The notes under the pieces are model-generated. The model searched no databases. It worked only from the letters and a program-made list of their open reading frames with translations, and had not been told where the DNA came from. Of a DNA stretch of 64,000 nt, positions 44,499 through 53,276 are shown in pieces (positions within the stretch are counted from its first letter, which is position 1; the number at the start of each line of letters is the position of its first letter). The position numbers were made by a program, and so were the translations under genes. This DNA is from an uncultured Acidobacteriota bacterium (GTDB taxonomy: Bacteria > Acidobacteriota > Thermoanaerobaculia > Multivoradales > UBA5704): NCBI GenBank assembly GCA_963761805.1, contig CAVXIV010000018.1, forward strand, positions 145,058-209,057. Reading direction: 5' to 3'.

Positions 44499-46112
44499 TT
44501 ATGACTCCTTCTCTGGGACCTGGCAGAACTGTTCTTCTCCGCTTGCTGCCGTAGATCTTCGAAGAACAAGAACATACTCTGTCAAGATGTCTGCTCCATT
44601 ATGACGTGTGTAGGACATATAGCGATTCTTTACGGGATAGCTGAGGAGGTTCTCGAGATGAAACCAGTCGCCAGCCAGTTCCTCAAATAGAGTAGAGGTA
44701 GGTATCTCCGCACTATTCCAGCTACTATGGCCAACAACGAACACAGCAGGGGATCCATGCTTGAGTAATTGGGAAAGCCCTTCAAAGACGCGGGTCATTG
44801 CTAGTATATAATGCCGGAACGAGTCCGCACGCTTTGCAGAGACCTCGCGGATACGACTTTCCCATTCCTTTGCAAGCGTATTTCTGAGGACCGCGCTTTT
44901 AAGTAGAGAGTCGCGTTGCGGTACTTGTGGCCGACCGATATATTTGTCCAATAATTGCAATCGTTGCTGATGATTGGTTGTTAGTCCTAGCCAAAACATC
45001 TCAAGCTTGTGGCGACGATAGTAATCCACGGCGCCGTGATAGGGTGGTGATGTAATGACAGCGTCAACAACCCGTGAAATGTGATCTCCGAGGTGAACTG
45101 CATCACCGAGCATTACCCGAGTAGAAACGGACTTGACAGTTGCCTTGTAGAGTCCTTCTGCTGCATCGAGCGCCTTTGTCATTGCTTTGGAGAATAAGGC
45201 GAAAGGGTTAATGAGACGGCCTTGTTCTTCGAGGCGTTTCATATGTGCCGTTACTTCGAGGCCAGATACCGGCACAGGATCAGCATTGGACGAGTTGCGG
45301 ATAATCGACGCGAAAACAGCATTGAAAAACTTGCCATGGGTGGCTGGGATTGGAGCTCTGGCTATAGCACGACGAATATTCGCAAGGTCCACGACAACGT
45401 AACGTCGGAACCAGTGATTAAGGTTGGGGATCGCGGGAATAAAGTCGGTTAACTCACTTTGCTCGCTCTCAAATTCACTATCAGATAGATCTTCGAACAT
45501 CATTTTTTTGTATTCAGATTCTGGACGAGCATATAGCTGAGCTGATTCGATTACAGTCTGCGCAGAGGTGCGAAGTCGCGCAGGTTGGTAACGGTGAGTC
45601 TTCGCGGATGCCACAGCAGTAGCAACCGGGTCAACGTCGAGGCCTATGGAGTGGCGCTGCATACGGAGGGCCTCGACCAGCAAAGTTCCGCTGCCACAGA
45701 ATGGATCTAGAACAACCTGATTGGGTTGTGTATATCGCTCCAAGAGGGTCTGTACGATTGGCGGATGAAACTTCGCAGGATAGCGGAAGAGGTAATGCGT
45801 GAGTCGGTCGAAACGCTGATTGTCGGTGGCGAGTGGTTCTATCCCTATGCGGGACAGGCCTAGTGCGTTGCTTTTGACAAGAGGAGACGGGACCATGGCT
45901 GCGGAGTGTACACAGTTTGATTCGGGCAAAGATAGCCTCAGCCGAGCTCCATATACTAGATACTGACCCCTGTCAAGGCTGTCGACAAGCTTCCTCCAGC
46001 CCTGACGACCTCGCGAGATGTTTCTGCTGGCCAGAAGCGCAGGCTGTGGCGGGGGTAGGATCTCTCCCAGAGAACCTCTGGCAAAGTGCCCCCCACTGTC
46101 GCCGTGCGGCAA
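44499..46112 (-). CDS. N6-adenine/N4-cytosine DNA methyltransferase (motif I before motif IV with about 200 aa between them)
   Basis: DPFCGSGT (motif I) and ITSPPYHGAVDYY (motif IV). 2 nt upstream of the ATPase-nuclease gene. The true start may be ATG 45896, because codons 1-72 read through a higher-GC gene remnant. Confidence 0.8.
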   Translation of the reverse strand: MPHGDSGGHFARGSLGEILPPPQPALLASRNISRGRQGWRKLVDSLDRGQYLVYGARLRLSLPESNCVHSAAMVPSPLVKSNALGLSRIGIEPLATDNQRFDRLTHYLFRYPAKFHPPIVQTLLERYTQPNQVVLDPFCGSGTLLVEALRMQRHSIGLDVDPVATAVASAKTHRYQPARLRTSAQTVIESAQLYARPESEYKKMMFEDLSDSEFESEQSELTDFIPAIPNLNHWFRRYVVVDLANIRRAIARAPIPATHGKFFNAVFASIIRNSSNADPVPVSGLEVTAHMKRLEEQGRLINPFALFSKAMTKALDAAEGLYKATVKSVSTRVMLGDAVHLGDHISRVVDAVITSPPYHGAVDYYRRHKLEMFWLGLTTNHQQRLQLLDKYIGRPQVPQRDSLLKSAVLRNTLAKEWESRIREVSAKRADSFRHYILAMTRVFEGLSQLLKHGSPAVFVVGHSSWNSAEIPTSTLFEELAGDWFHLENLLSYPVKNRYMSYTRHNGADILTEYVLVLRRSTAASGEEQFCQVPEKES

Positions 46113-46119
46113 CGGTCGT

Positions 46120-46320
46120 ATCCTTTCGCGCTCCCTGCCACCGACATAAGCGCGGACGGAGACGTGTGATGAGGCTTCGAAGCCGGCGGCGGCGCTCGAA
46201 ATCGAGAAGCGACCAGATGGCCAGGACAGCCCCAGGCGTCAAGGTGTTCCAGAGGCGGTCCAGGCCGGCGGGAGTGTAGAGGCGGTTGTTGGCGCGCAGG
46301 GTGTACGCCCCGGGACCGTC
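46120..46320 (-). pseudogene. possible remnant of a spermidine-synthase-like methyltransferase C-terminus
   Basis: Minus-strand reading DGPGAYTLRANNRLYTPAGLDRLWNTLTPGAVLAIWS... resembles the ...LY....L......L.PGGVLA.WS tail of that family. No N-terminal part is present. Confidence 0.3.
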
Positions 46321-46405
46321 TGCATCGAGGCACTCTTAGGGACAGGAGCGCCCCCTCCCTCCCATGGTGGGGCGAGAGCGGAAGCAGCTCCGGAAAGGTT
46401 CCTCT

Positions 46406-46681
46406 ATGCGCAGCGTTTCCTTCCGTGCCCTCACCTTCGTTCTCACTGTCCTGCTCCTCGCCTCGCCTGTCCTTGCCGCTGGCGCCCGGCTCCCTCGGGC
46501 AGAGGAGGCGCCGGGGGTTTTCGCCGAGCTTTGGCAGGTGGTCCGGCAACTCGTGCCGACTCTGATGAAGGGCCGCGCCGGCCAGGATCCCAACGGAAGT
46601 CCGCTTCCTGAACCGACCGGTTCAGGGGCGACCAGCGAGCCTGACACCGAGGGCCGGGCTGGTCAGGACCCCAACGGATAG
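46406..46681 (+). CDS. small secreted protein (91 aa), paralogue of 38226-38504, with GRAGQDPNG present twice, the second copy at the exact C-terminus
   Basis: ATG 46406 after GGAAAGG. Signal peptide MRSVSFRALTFVLTVLLLASPVLA. The repeat copies differ at 4 of 9 codons, all synonymous. Confidence 0.6.
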   Translation: MRSVSFRALTFVLTVLLLASPVLAAGARLPRAEEAPGVFAELWQVVRQLVPTLMKGRAGQDPNGSPLPEPTGSGATSEPDTEGRAGQDPNG

Positions 46682-46799
46682 ATCGAAGACGGTTCGCGTC
46701 TTGAAGTGTCCGCCGGCATGGGCTGGCGGACTTTGCGCCTTCTGTCGTTCCTGAAGTAAGATCGATGTAACAGAATGAGAGCACGTCAGGGAGGGAAGA

Positions 46800-47333
46800 A
46801 TGGCGGAGTGGCACATCCCGGAGGACTTGTTCGAGCGGTTTCTCCGAGTGGAGACGTCGAGTGAGGAGGCGCGGAAGCTCGTTCGCCATCTCTTGAGCGG
46901 GTGTCCGGATTGTCCGGAATTGGCGTACCGGGTGACCGCGGGAAGCGGCCTCTTCCCCGCCCTGGAAGGGACCGGCCAACCCGGCTGGGAGCAGGTCCAT
47001 GAAGAGGTCTTCACGCGGGCGTTTGCCTGGGAGAGCCAGGAAGAGGCCCGGCTGGCGGTGGAGAAGCTCCGTGGATGGGGTCAGTGGGCCGAACTGGCGC
47101 CGATGAGCCCTCTGTCGCGCCTGGAGAGGGTGGAGTCGGACCCGCGTTTCCATACCTTCGGCCTCTATGAGCGGCTCCTCGAAGCGGCCCGCTGGTACAG
47201 CCGCATCGAGCCGAGGGAAGCCGTGGATGTGGTCCGCCTCGCGATTGTCGTGTCCGAGCGGCTGGACCCGGCCGCCCTGGGCGAGCAGCGGGTGGCCGAC
47301 CTCCAGGCCGCGGCATGGGCGGAGCTCGGTTAA
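46800..47333 (+). CDS. zinc-finger/TPR-like protein, paralogue of 38623-39915, truncated after 177 aa
   Basis: MAEWHIPEDLFERFL...RHLLSGCPDCPEL aligns with the N-terminus of the 38623 gene. The 118-nt spacer to the peptide gene is identical in length. The ORF ends ...AAAWAELG where the paralogue continues for about 250 more residues. Confidence 0.6.
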   Translation: MAEWHIPEDLFERFLRVETSSEEARKLVRHLLSGCPDCPELAYRVTAGSGLFPALEGTGQPGWEQVHEEVFTRAFAWESQEEARLAVEKLRGWGQWAELAPMSPLSRLERVESDPRFHTFGLYERLLEAARWYSRIEPREAVDVVRLAIVVSERLDPAALGEQRVADLQAAAWAELG

Positions 47334-47385
47334 GGGACGGCAAGGGCGCGAAGGACCAGGTGACCATGCTGCCGGCGTCCCTGAA
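47330..47385 (+). pseudogene. possible short remnant of a tyrosine recombinase (integron-integrase-like box)
   Basis: RDGKGAKDQVTMLPASL resembles the R.GKG.KDR..MLP.SL box I recall from IntI/Xer-type recombinases. Similarity is lost after about 17 residues. Confidence 0.25.
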
Positions 47386-47854
47386 AATCGTCGGACAGGT
47401 CCCCGAGCACCGCCGCCATGACTCTGTCGCTTATGGTCCTATTGCTCTGTTTCACCGCTTTATCGCAGAGCCAGGGATTCGTGTGCTCGGTCGGAGTCCT
47501 GAGGTATAATCGTCGACACGAAATCGTGGCGGAGATCCCTCGACACGGAGCCATTCTCTTCGCGCAACGGGATTCTGGACTCTTGGCAACGGCTGGCGGG
47601 GCGGGTGGGTAGGGCAGCATTGTCGCGCGAGAAGCGCCTGCGAGCGATTGAAACTCCATAGGACCGACTCGGACTCCCCCGCGGCTTCGTTCAACCTGGG
47701 TCTATCTGAAATTCTCCCTGGACGTTGGAGGATCTCGGTCGTCTTCTCGGGAGGACTTCAGATAGACCCTTTGGGGCGATCGAGGCGAAGAGTGCTTGCA
47801 TTGTTCTGCCGGTTAAATTCTGAGCGTATAGGCACAAAATAATAGGAGGTGATC

Positions 47855-48025
47855 ATGACGTGCAAACAGCAGCCGATCATGTCTAGATTCATCTTCGCCA
47901 CTGTCCTTTGGGCGTTCTGTGCTGGACGCGTCAGTGCCGACACGGTCCATGTGGCTTCGGACACCAACATCAATCTTGCGACCAGCCCTCCAATGCCGCT
48001 TACTCAGTGCTTTCGTCCTCGGTAA
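47855..48025 (+). CDS. possible 56-aa secreted peptide or truncated N-terminus of a larger secreted protein
   Basis: Below the track cut-off. AGGAGG lies 5 nt before the ATG. MTCKQQPIMSRFIFATVLWAFCAGRVSA signal-like segment. Confidence 0.3.
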   Translation: MTCKQQPIMSRFIFATVLWAFCAGRVSADTVHVASDTNINLATSPPMPLTQCFRPR

Positions 48026-48076
48026 TCTTACTCAAGTCCGCATGCCACCTTCCACACGTATCGAAAGGAGAGAGCC

Positions 48077-48403
48077 ATGAAGAAAGTCCCGGTCGTTCTA
48101 GCGCTGGTCCTTCTCTGTGCCGCGCCCGCTTTCGGAGACTGCAGTCTCCTGACGAACATCACCGAGGTTGTGCCGGCGCTCCACGTGGGGGAGACCGTGC
48201 ACTTCGACTTCGAGTTCATCGGCGGGACGGAGCCCTACCACTTTGCGCTCGTCGCCGGCGAGCTGCCGCCGGGCGTCAACCTCACCGGCTCCGGCGGTCT
48301 GCGCGGCAAGGTGAAGCAGGGTGGCTTTTTCGACGCCTTCATCCAAGTGACCGACGCCGCCGGCTGCACGCTCACCGTCGCCTACAACATTCAGGTGGAA
48401 TGA
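48077..48403 (+). CDS. secreted protein with a putative Ig-like (cadherin-like, He_PIG-type) domain
   Basis: Signal peptide MKKVPVVLALVLLCAAPAFG. The pattern GELPPGVNLTGSGGLRGKVKQGGFFDAFIQVTDAAG is typical of such domains. Confidence 0.55.
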   Translation: MKKVPVVLALVLLCAAPAFGDCSLLTNITEVVPALHVGETVHFDFEFIGGTEPYHFALVAGELPPGVNLTGSGGLRGKVKQGGFFDAFIQVTDAAGCTLTVAYNIQVE

Positions 48404-48423
48404 AGATTTGAAAGGAGTCGAAC

Positions 48424-48780
48424 ATGTACGATAGCAAGTCAGGACCTTGTATTGCGGTCGGCCGCGGCGGCGTCGGCGAATCCGGAGCCTCCACGCTCAT
48501 CACGCATCAGGTGACGGGCGAGATTCAGAAGCTGATGGTACTGCGCACTACGGAAACCAGTTTGTGCCCCAATACCGGCGCGGTCGCGGTACTCGTCGTC
48601 AACGGTATCCCCACGGCCTACGGCAACATCACCGCCCAGGGCAGCTCCATTCAGACCACCGCCAATCCCGGAGAATGGGTCGCCGCCATCGTGCACACCG
48701 TGCCGCTGTTCAACGAGATCGTCTGTAAGCGCCTCGGCGAGCTGAGCGTCCAGCTCGACCAGTGCGATCTCGTCGGTTGA
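48424..48780 (+). CDS. hypothetical protein, 118 aa
   Basis: AAAGGAG lies before the ATG. No motif recognised. Confidence 0.45.
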   Translation: MYDSKSGPCIAVGRGGVGESGASTLITHQVTGEIQKLMVLRTTETSLCPNTGAVAVLVVNGIPTAYGNITAQGSSIQTTANPGEWVAAIVHTVPLFNEIVCKRLGELSVQLDQCDLVG

Positions 48781-48805
48781 GCGTTTTCCAGGCGACCGCC
48801 CGGTT

Positions 48806-50542
48806 GTGCGGGTAAACTCTCCCGCCGTGACGCCCCGCCGCGACCTCGTGCCCGCCGTCTGCCTGCTGCTCTTCGCGGCGGTGGCGGGCACGGTGCGTCT
48901 GAAGGCGTACGACCTCTTCTGGCATCTGGCGAGCGGGCGGTGGATCCTGGAGCACGGGGAGCTGCCGCGGACCGATCCGTTCCGCTTCACGTCGCACGGG
49001 GTGCCCTGGGTGGACCACGAGTGGCTCTTCCAGGCGGTCGTCGCGACGCTGGAGCGGGTCTGGGGACTGCCGTCCCTGGTGGTGGGACTGGCGGCGCTGG
49101 TGGTGGCCCTGGCGGCGCTGCTGTTCACCTCGCTGCGCCGGGCCGGGGCGCCGGCGGCCGGGGCGGCCCTGGTCGTGCTGGTCGCGATCCTGGGTGCCCG
49201 CGGACGCTTCTTCCTGCGGCCGGAGCTGGCGAGCCTGTTCCTGCTGCCGCTGTCGATTGCCCTGCTCCAAGGGTTCCGCCGGACGAGGAGCCGGGTTCCG
49301 GTCCTGATCCTGCCGGTCCTCGTGGTGCTGTGGGTGAATTTCCATCCTGGAGCCCTGCTGGCGCCGGTCGTGACGGCGGCGTATCTGGTGGGGACGCGGC
49401 TGCCGGGCGGCTCGCGCGGAGGGCGTCCGATCCCCTGGACATGGGTGCTGGGATTGCCGGCGGTCACGGCCCTGGCGCTGCTGGCGAATCCCTACGGAGC
49501 GCGGCTCTTCACGGTCCCGTTCGGCATCGCGGAGGCCCTGCGCGGCCTGCCGGGGACGAACCCGGAGTGGCTGCCGGTGTGGCAGCGGCCGGAGCCGTTC
49601 CTCTTCTTCTTCTGCGGGCTGACGGCGCTCCTCGCGCTGGCTGTGGCCGCCGGCGTCAAGGCCCGGCGGCTCGATCCCGCGACGGGGCTGGTGGCGCTCG
49701 CCCTGGCGGTCCTCGCTTCGACGGGGTTGCGGCACCTGGGGCTGTTCTTCGTGGGCGCGGCGTTCTTCGCGGGCGAGGCGCTGGCGGATCTGGCGCGCGT
49801 TCGCGATCCTCTGCGGGAGGAGAGGCGGCTGGGGAAGCTCCTGGTGCCGCTCGCCTGCCTGCTCGCCGCGTTCTGGTGCGTGCTGCCGCCGTCGCGGGGA
49901 CCTCTGCGTCCGCGCCAGGGCGCGTTCCGGCCCGGCTTCGGCATCGAGCCGGGGCGTTTCCCGGAAAAGGCGGTGGACGATCTCGCCAAACGGCAGGGCG
50001 TGGGGAACCTCTACAACGACGTGGCGTTCGGCGGCTATCTGCTCTGGCGCCTGTATCCGCCGCGGCAGGTCTTCATCGACGCCCGTAACGAGGTGAATCC
50101 GGGGCTGTTCCACGAGCTGGCCGCCGCCCGCGGCAGCGAGGAGCGGTGGACGGCGCTGCTGGCGCGCTACGGGATCGACGGGGCGCTGGTGCGCTACGAC
50201 GACCGGCCCCGGGCCGTGCTCTCGCCGCCGGCCGTGCCCGGAGGGCCGCCGCGGGTGGAGCATCACACGACCAACGCGCTGTTCTTCCCCCGCGAGCGTT
50301 TCGCCCTGGTCTACTGGGACGACGTGGCGATGATCTTCCTGCGCCGCACTCCGGAGAGGGCGGCGCTGCTGGAGAGGGAGGAGTACCGCTACGTGCACCC
50401 CGAGGACTGGCGGGCCATTCTGGCCCAGGCGGAAGCCGACCCGCTCTTCCGCGCCGCCGTCCTGGAAGACGTCGAGCGCCGTCTCCGCGAAGACCCCGGA
50501 GTCGTCCGGGCGCTCCAGCTCAGAGCGGCGCTCGCGCCTTGA
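48806..50542 (+). CDS. polytopic membrane protein with a C-terminal soluble domain (function unknown; GT-C-like glycosyltransferase is only a guess)
   Basis: About 10 hydrophobic segments in the first 400 aa. DLFWHLASGRWILEHGELPRTDPFRFT...WVDHEWLFQ near the N-terminus. Confidence 0.55.
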   Translation: MRVNSPAVTPRRDLVPAVCLLLFAAVAGTVRLKAYDLFWHLASGRWILEHGELPRTDPFRFTSHGVPWVDHEWLFQAVVATLERVWGLPSLVVGLAALVVALAALLFTSLRRAGAPAAGAALVVLVAILGARGRFFLRPELASLFLLPLSIALLQGFRRTRSRVPVLILPVLVVLWVNFHPGALLAPVVTAAYLVGTRLPGGSRGGRPIPWTWVLGLPAVTALALLANPYGARLFTVPFGIAEALRGLPGTNPEWLPVWQRPEPFLFFFCGLTALLALAVAAGVKARRLDPATGLVALALAVLASTGLRHLGLFFVGAAFFAGEALADLARVRDPLREERRLGKLLVPLACLLAAFWCVLPPSRGPLRPRQGAFRPGFGIEPGRFPEKAVDDLAKRQGVGNLYNDVAFGGYLLWRLYPPRQVFIDARNEVNPGLFHELAAARGSEERWTALLARYGIDGALVRYDDRPRAVLSPPAVPGGPPRVEHHTTNALFFPRERFALVYWDDVAMIFLRRTPERAALLEREEYRYVHPEDWRAILAQAEADPLFRAAVLEDVERRLREDPGVVRALQLRAALAP

Positions 50543-51479
50543 GGGGGTGATTTGTCAGGCTGTCGGCGAAGAAGTTCCAGAGGTGGACGGTGTAGAAGAC
50601 CGGAGAGTGGTCCAGCAGGTCGATGTCCGAGACCTTGCGGAGGACGTCCAGGACTCGTCTCCCCACGGTGCCGTTTTTGCGGAGGCGGCCTTCGCGATCG
50701 AAGGCTACGATCTCTCCTTCCGGCCGGTAGCGGCCCAGAAAGGGAGGACGGGGTGGCACGAGAGGGGCAAAGGCCAGCAGCCGCGTGACCCAGTCGCTCC
50801 CATGAACGAAGCGGACGGAGCGCGCCGGGAAAGCCTTTCCAAACCTGGCATCCCCCACGCTCGGCGCGCCGAAGGTGTAGACGCCCTGGACTCTTCCCGC
50901 GGGAAGCCGCGCCGCCGCGAGGATGGCCAGGGCTCCCCCCAGGCTGTGTCCCGTGAGCCAGAGCGCCCGGCCTCTCAAGGGCAGATCGCGGAGATCACCG
51001 AAGATCTCGTCGAGCGCGGCGAGAAAGCCTGCGTGGATCCGGCCCCGAGCCGGATCCGGGGCCTCGACAAGGCCGAAACGAGCGTCTGTCACGGAGTCCA
51101 CGATGGTTCCGCGGATCGCTTGCAGAGCCAGCCGGAGATCCTGGTCCCGTCTCGGCACGAAGAGCTCGGTCCCGCGCAAAGCGACGATGACGCAGTCATC
51201 TCTCTCGGCCACGAACCCCTGGGTAATCTTCCCCTTCAGCGGCTTTGCCAGCGTGATATCCACCTTCCCAAGCTCGGACGCGATTTCGTCGGGCTCGTTG
51301 TAGGCCAGCAGAGAGAGCTCCGCCAGCCACCAGGCGTTCAACGGGTGGTGGCCGGGGGCTGCCGGGGGGCGGGCCACGAAGGGATGCTCGCGCGCCCTCT
51401 CGTGGAAGCGGTGCTTCTCGGGATCGACGGGCGGGAACAGCTCGATCGACAGGCGATGGGGTGGAATCTCTTTTCGCAT
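50520..51479 (-). CDS. class 3 lipase-family alpha/beta hydrolase
   Basis: Nucleophile elbow TGHSLGGALA. Preceding VALRGTE strand typical of Lipase_3. Confidence 0.75.
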   Translation of the reverse strand: MRKEIPPHRLSIELFPPVDPEKHRFHERAREHPFVARPPAAPGHHPLNAWWLAELSLLAYNEPDEIASELGKVDITLAKPLKGKITQGFVAERDDCVIVALRGTELFVPRRDQDLRLALQAIRGTIVDSVTDARFGLVEAPDPARGRIHAGFLAALDEIFGDLRDLPLRGRALWLTGHSLGGALAILAAARLPAGRVQGVYTFGAPSVGDARFGKAFPARSVRFVHGSDWVTRLLAFAPLVPPRPPFLGRYRPEGEIVAFDREGRLRKNGTVGRRVLDVLRKVSDIDLLDHSPVFYTVHLWNFFADSLTNHPLKARAPL

Positions 51480-51493
51480 GGCAGACTTTGACG

Positions 51494-52609
51494 CTAGTTT
51501 CCGAGCTGAGAAACACCCCTGACCACTGCCGGAGTCGGAAGGATGGTCATGCCCTGCAACCGGCCCGGATTGTTCTCCCGGTCATTGACGACGTCACGGA
51601 TCCTGATCTCCAGCACCTGATCACCGAACTGATCCTTGATCTTGCGGTAGACCTCGGGGTCTTTCTCGCCGGAGTCGCCAATCAGGATGAACTTCCTCCC
51701 ACGGAATCTGCGCATGATCTCGCTGATCTGTGAGAGCTTCTGATCCATCGTGGCGTTCTCGTTGGTGACGAGCACCTTGAGATCTTCCCAGGTATTGATG
51801 CTGAGGAGATTCTTCCTGACGTTCTTCATGTGGAAAGTGCCTTCGGGGAACCCGATGCCTTCACTGAAGAGAAACTGGGAGAGCGGCTCATAGAGTTGCC
51901 AGGGGCCGCCGGAGACGTAATGAAAAGAAGCTCCCTGCAATCCCTGGTACATAGCCGCCATGTCGGGCGCGGCCACGAAATCACGGAAGAACGTATTTCT
52001 GACTATGATTTTCGAGCCGGCGGGAATTTCGGTGACTTTGATGGTGTCGTCAACGTCCGAAATCACCGACAGGCCCGAAGACTCCAGCAGCCGGACCCGG
52101 CCCGTGCCGGAATGCCCATCTGAGGTAGCGCGAAAGGTCAGCCAGCCGTCCCGCGAGCTTTGCCGGCTCAACAGCTCGCTGGCTTTTGTGGCCGGGATCT
52201 TGATCACGCCCTCGATAAGGCCGTTCTGGTCGGTCTTGAGCGATGCCCCGAGGCTGTTCTGCACGCTATACCTCTGGTTCGCCGGGTCGCTGTCAAACAC
52301 AAAGGTGACCGTCTCGCGGGATTCGCTGTCCGCCACGAAATCCCGGGTGCGGGACCGGAAGTTGTTGATTTCTACGAGCCCAAGATCACCCATGCCCTCC
52401 GCCACCTCGTTGGACAAGCTTTCACTCAAGGTGCGGCGTTCCCGGACCCAGACGCGCATCGGGATCACCCAGTTGTTCCCTTCCTTGAAGCCGTAGGTCG
52501 GATAGAAGGTTACTTTCTCTTCCCTGGAAATCAGCGCGTAGGCCGGGTCGGAAAGGTACGGGCTACCGACGAGAGAGAAGATGAATAGAAAAGTCAGTAC
52601 AGGTCTCAT
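51494..52609 (-). CDS. App1-like phosphatidate phosphatase (DUF2183, HAD-type DxDxT)
   Basis: Signal/anchor MRPVLTFLFIFSLVGSP. VISDVDDTIKVTEI catalytic motif. LIGDSGEKDPEVY. Confidence 0.65.
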   Translation of the reverse strand: MRPVLTFLFIFSLVGSPYLSDPAYALISREEKVTFYPTYGFKEGNNWVIPMRVWVRERRTLSESLSNEVAEGMGDLGLVEINNFRSRTRDFVADSESRETVTFVFDSDPANQRYSVQNSLGASLKTDQNGLIEGVIKIPATKASELLSRQSSRDGWLTFRATSDGHSGTGRVRLLESSGLSVISDVDDTIKVTEIPAGSKIIVRNTFFRDFVAAPDMAAMYQGLQGASFHYVSGGPWQLYEPLSQFLFSEGIGFPEGTFHMKNVRKNLLSINTWEDLKVLVTNENATMDQKLSQISEIMRRFRGRKFILIGDSGEKDPEVYRKIKDQFGDQVLEIRIRDVVNDRENNPGRLQGMTILPTPAVVRGVSQLGN

Positions 52610-52650
52610 GGCGAGCCTCCGTGGTCTCTACAGGACAGGCGCCCGGCGTT

Positions 52651-53235
52651 TCATTTTGTTACCGCTTCTGTCGCCGCCGGGGTCCGCCCCGCCACGCCCA
52701 TCACATGATGCGTGTTGTGATACAGCGTGAACAAGAGCATCTCCCGGACGGTGAGCAAGCCCAGGCCGGGGTGGGGGAGGCGGGCCCGGTCCAGGGCTTT
52801 CTCCGGCCAGCGCCGGAGCGTGCTCCCCAGCGCGTCGAAGGTGCCGGCCAGGTCACGGAGAACGCGCTCGCGGTTCTCGTCCGTCTTTTCTCCGGCCGGG
52901 ACCGGCGACGCGGTGAACCGCCCCGCCTTCAGGCCGGCGCCCAGAGCATCCTTGTAGGTCGAGAAGATCTCTGAATACCCGCGCGAGGGCCGGCGGGCGA
53001 GACCGAAGCGGAAGTAGAGGACGATGCGCGGCAGACCCAGGGCGTAGGCGACCGGGCGGTTCGACTTCACCAGGTGGCGCACGTTGTCCGCCGGCGACCA
53101 CGCGTCGCCGAGGGGCGCGAAGAACCCGGAGGTCTCGAACTGGCGCCAGAATTCGAGGCTCCAGTCGCGGACCGCTTCCAGGTCGCGCAGGATCTCCGAC
53201 TTCGTGAACGGCTCTTGGATGGGGCTGGGTTTCAT
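52651..53235 (-). CDS. DinB-superfamily four-helix-bundle protein
   Basis: WSPADNVRHLV...LLFTLYHNTHHV His triad-like pattern. Confidence 0.55.
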   Translation of the reverse strand: MKPSPIQEPFTKSEILRDLEAVRDWSLEFWRQFETSGFFAPLGDAWSPADNVRHLVKSNRPVAYALGLPRIVLYFRFGLARRPSRGYSEIFSTYKDALGAGLKAGRFTASPVPAGEKTDENRERVLRDLAGTFDALGSTLRRWPEKALDRARLPHPGLGLLTVREMLLFTLYHNTHHVMGVAGRTPAATEAVTK

Positions 53236-53276
53236 GGTCCGCCCATCCTACACGCGCGGGGCTGGGACGCTTACTT

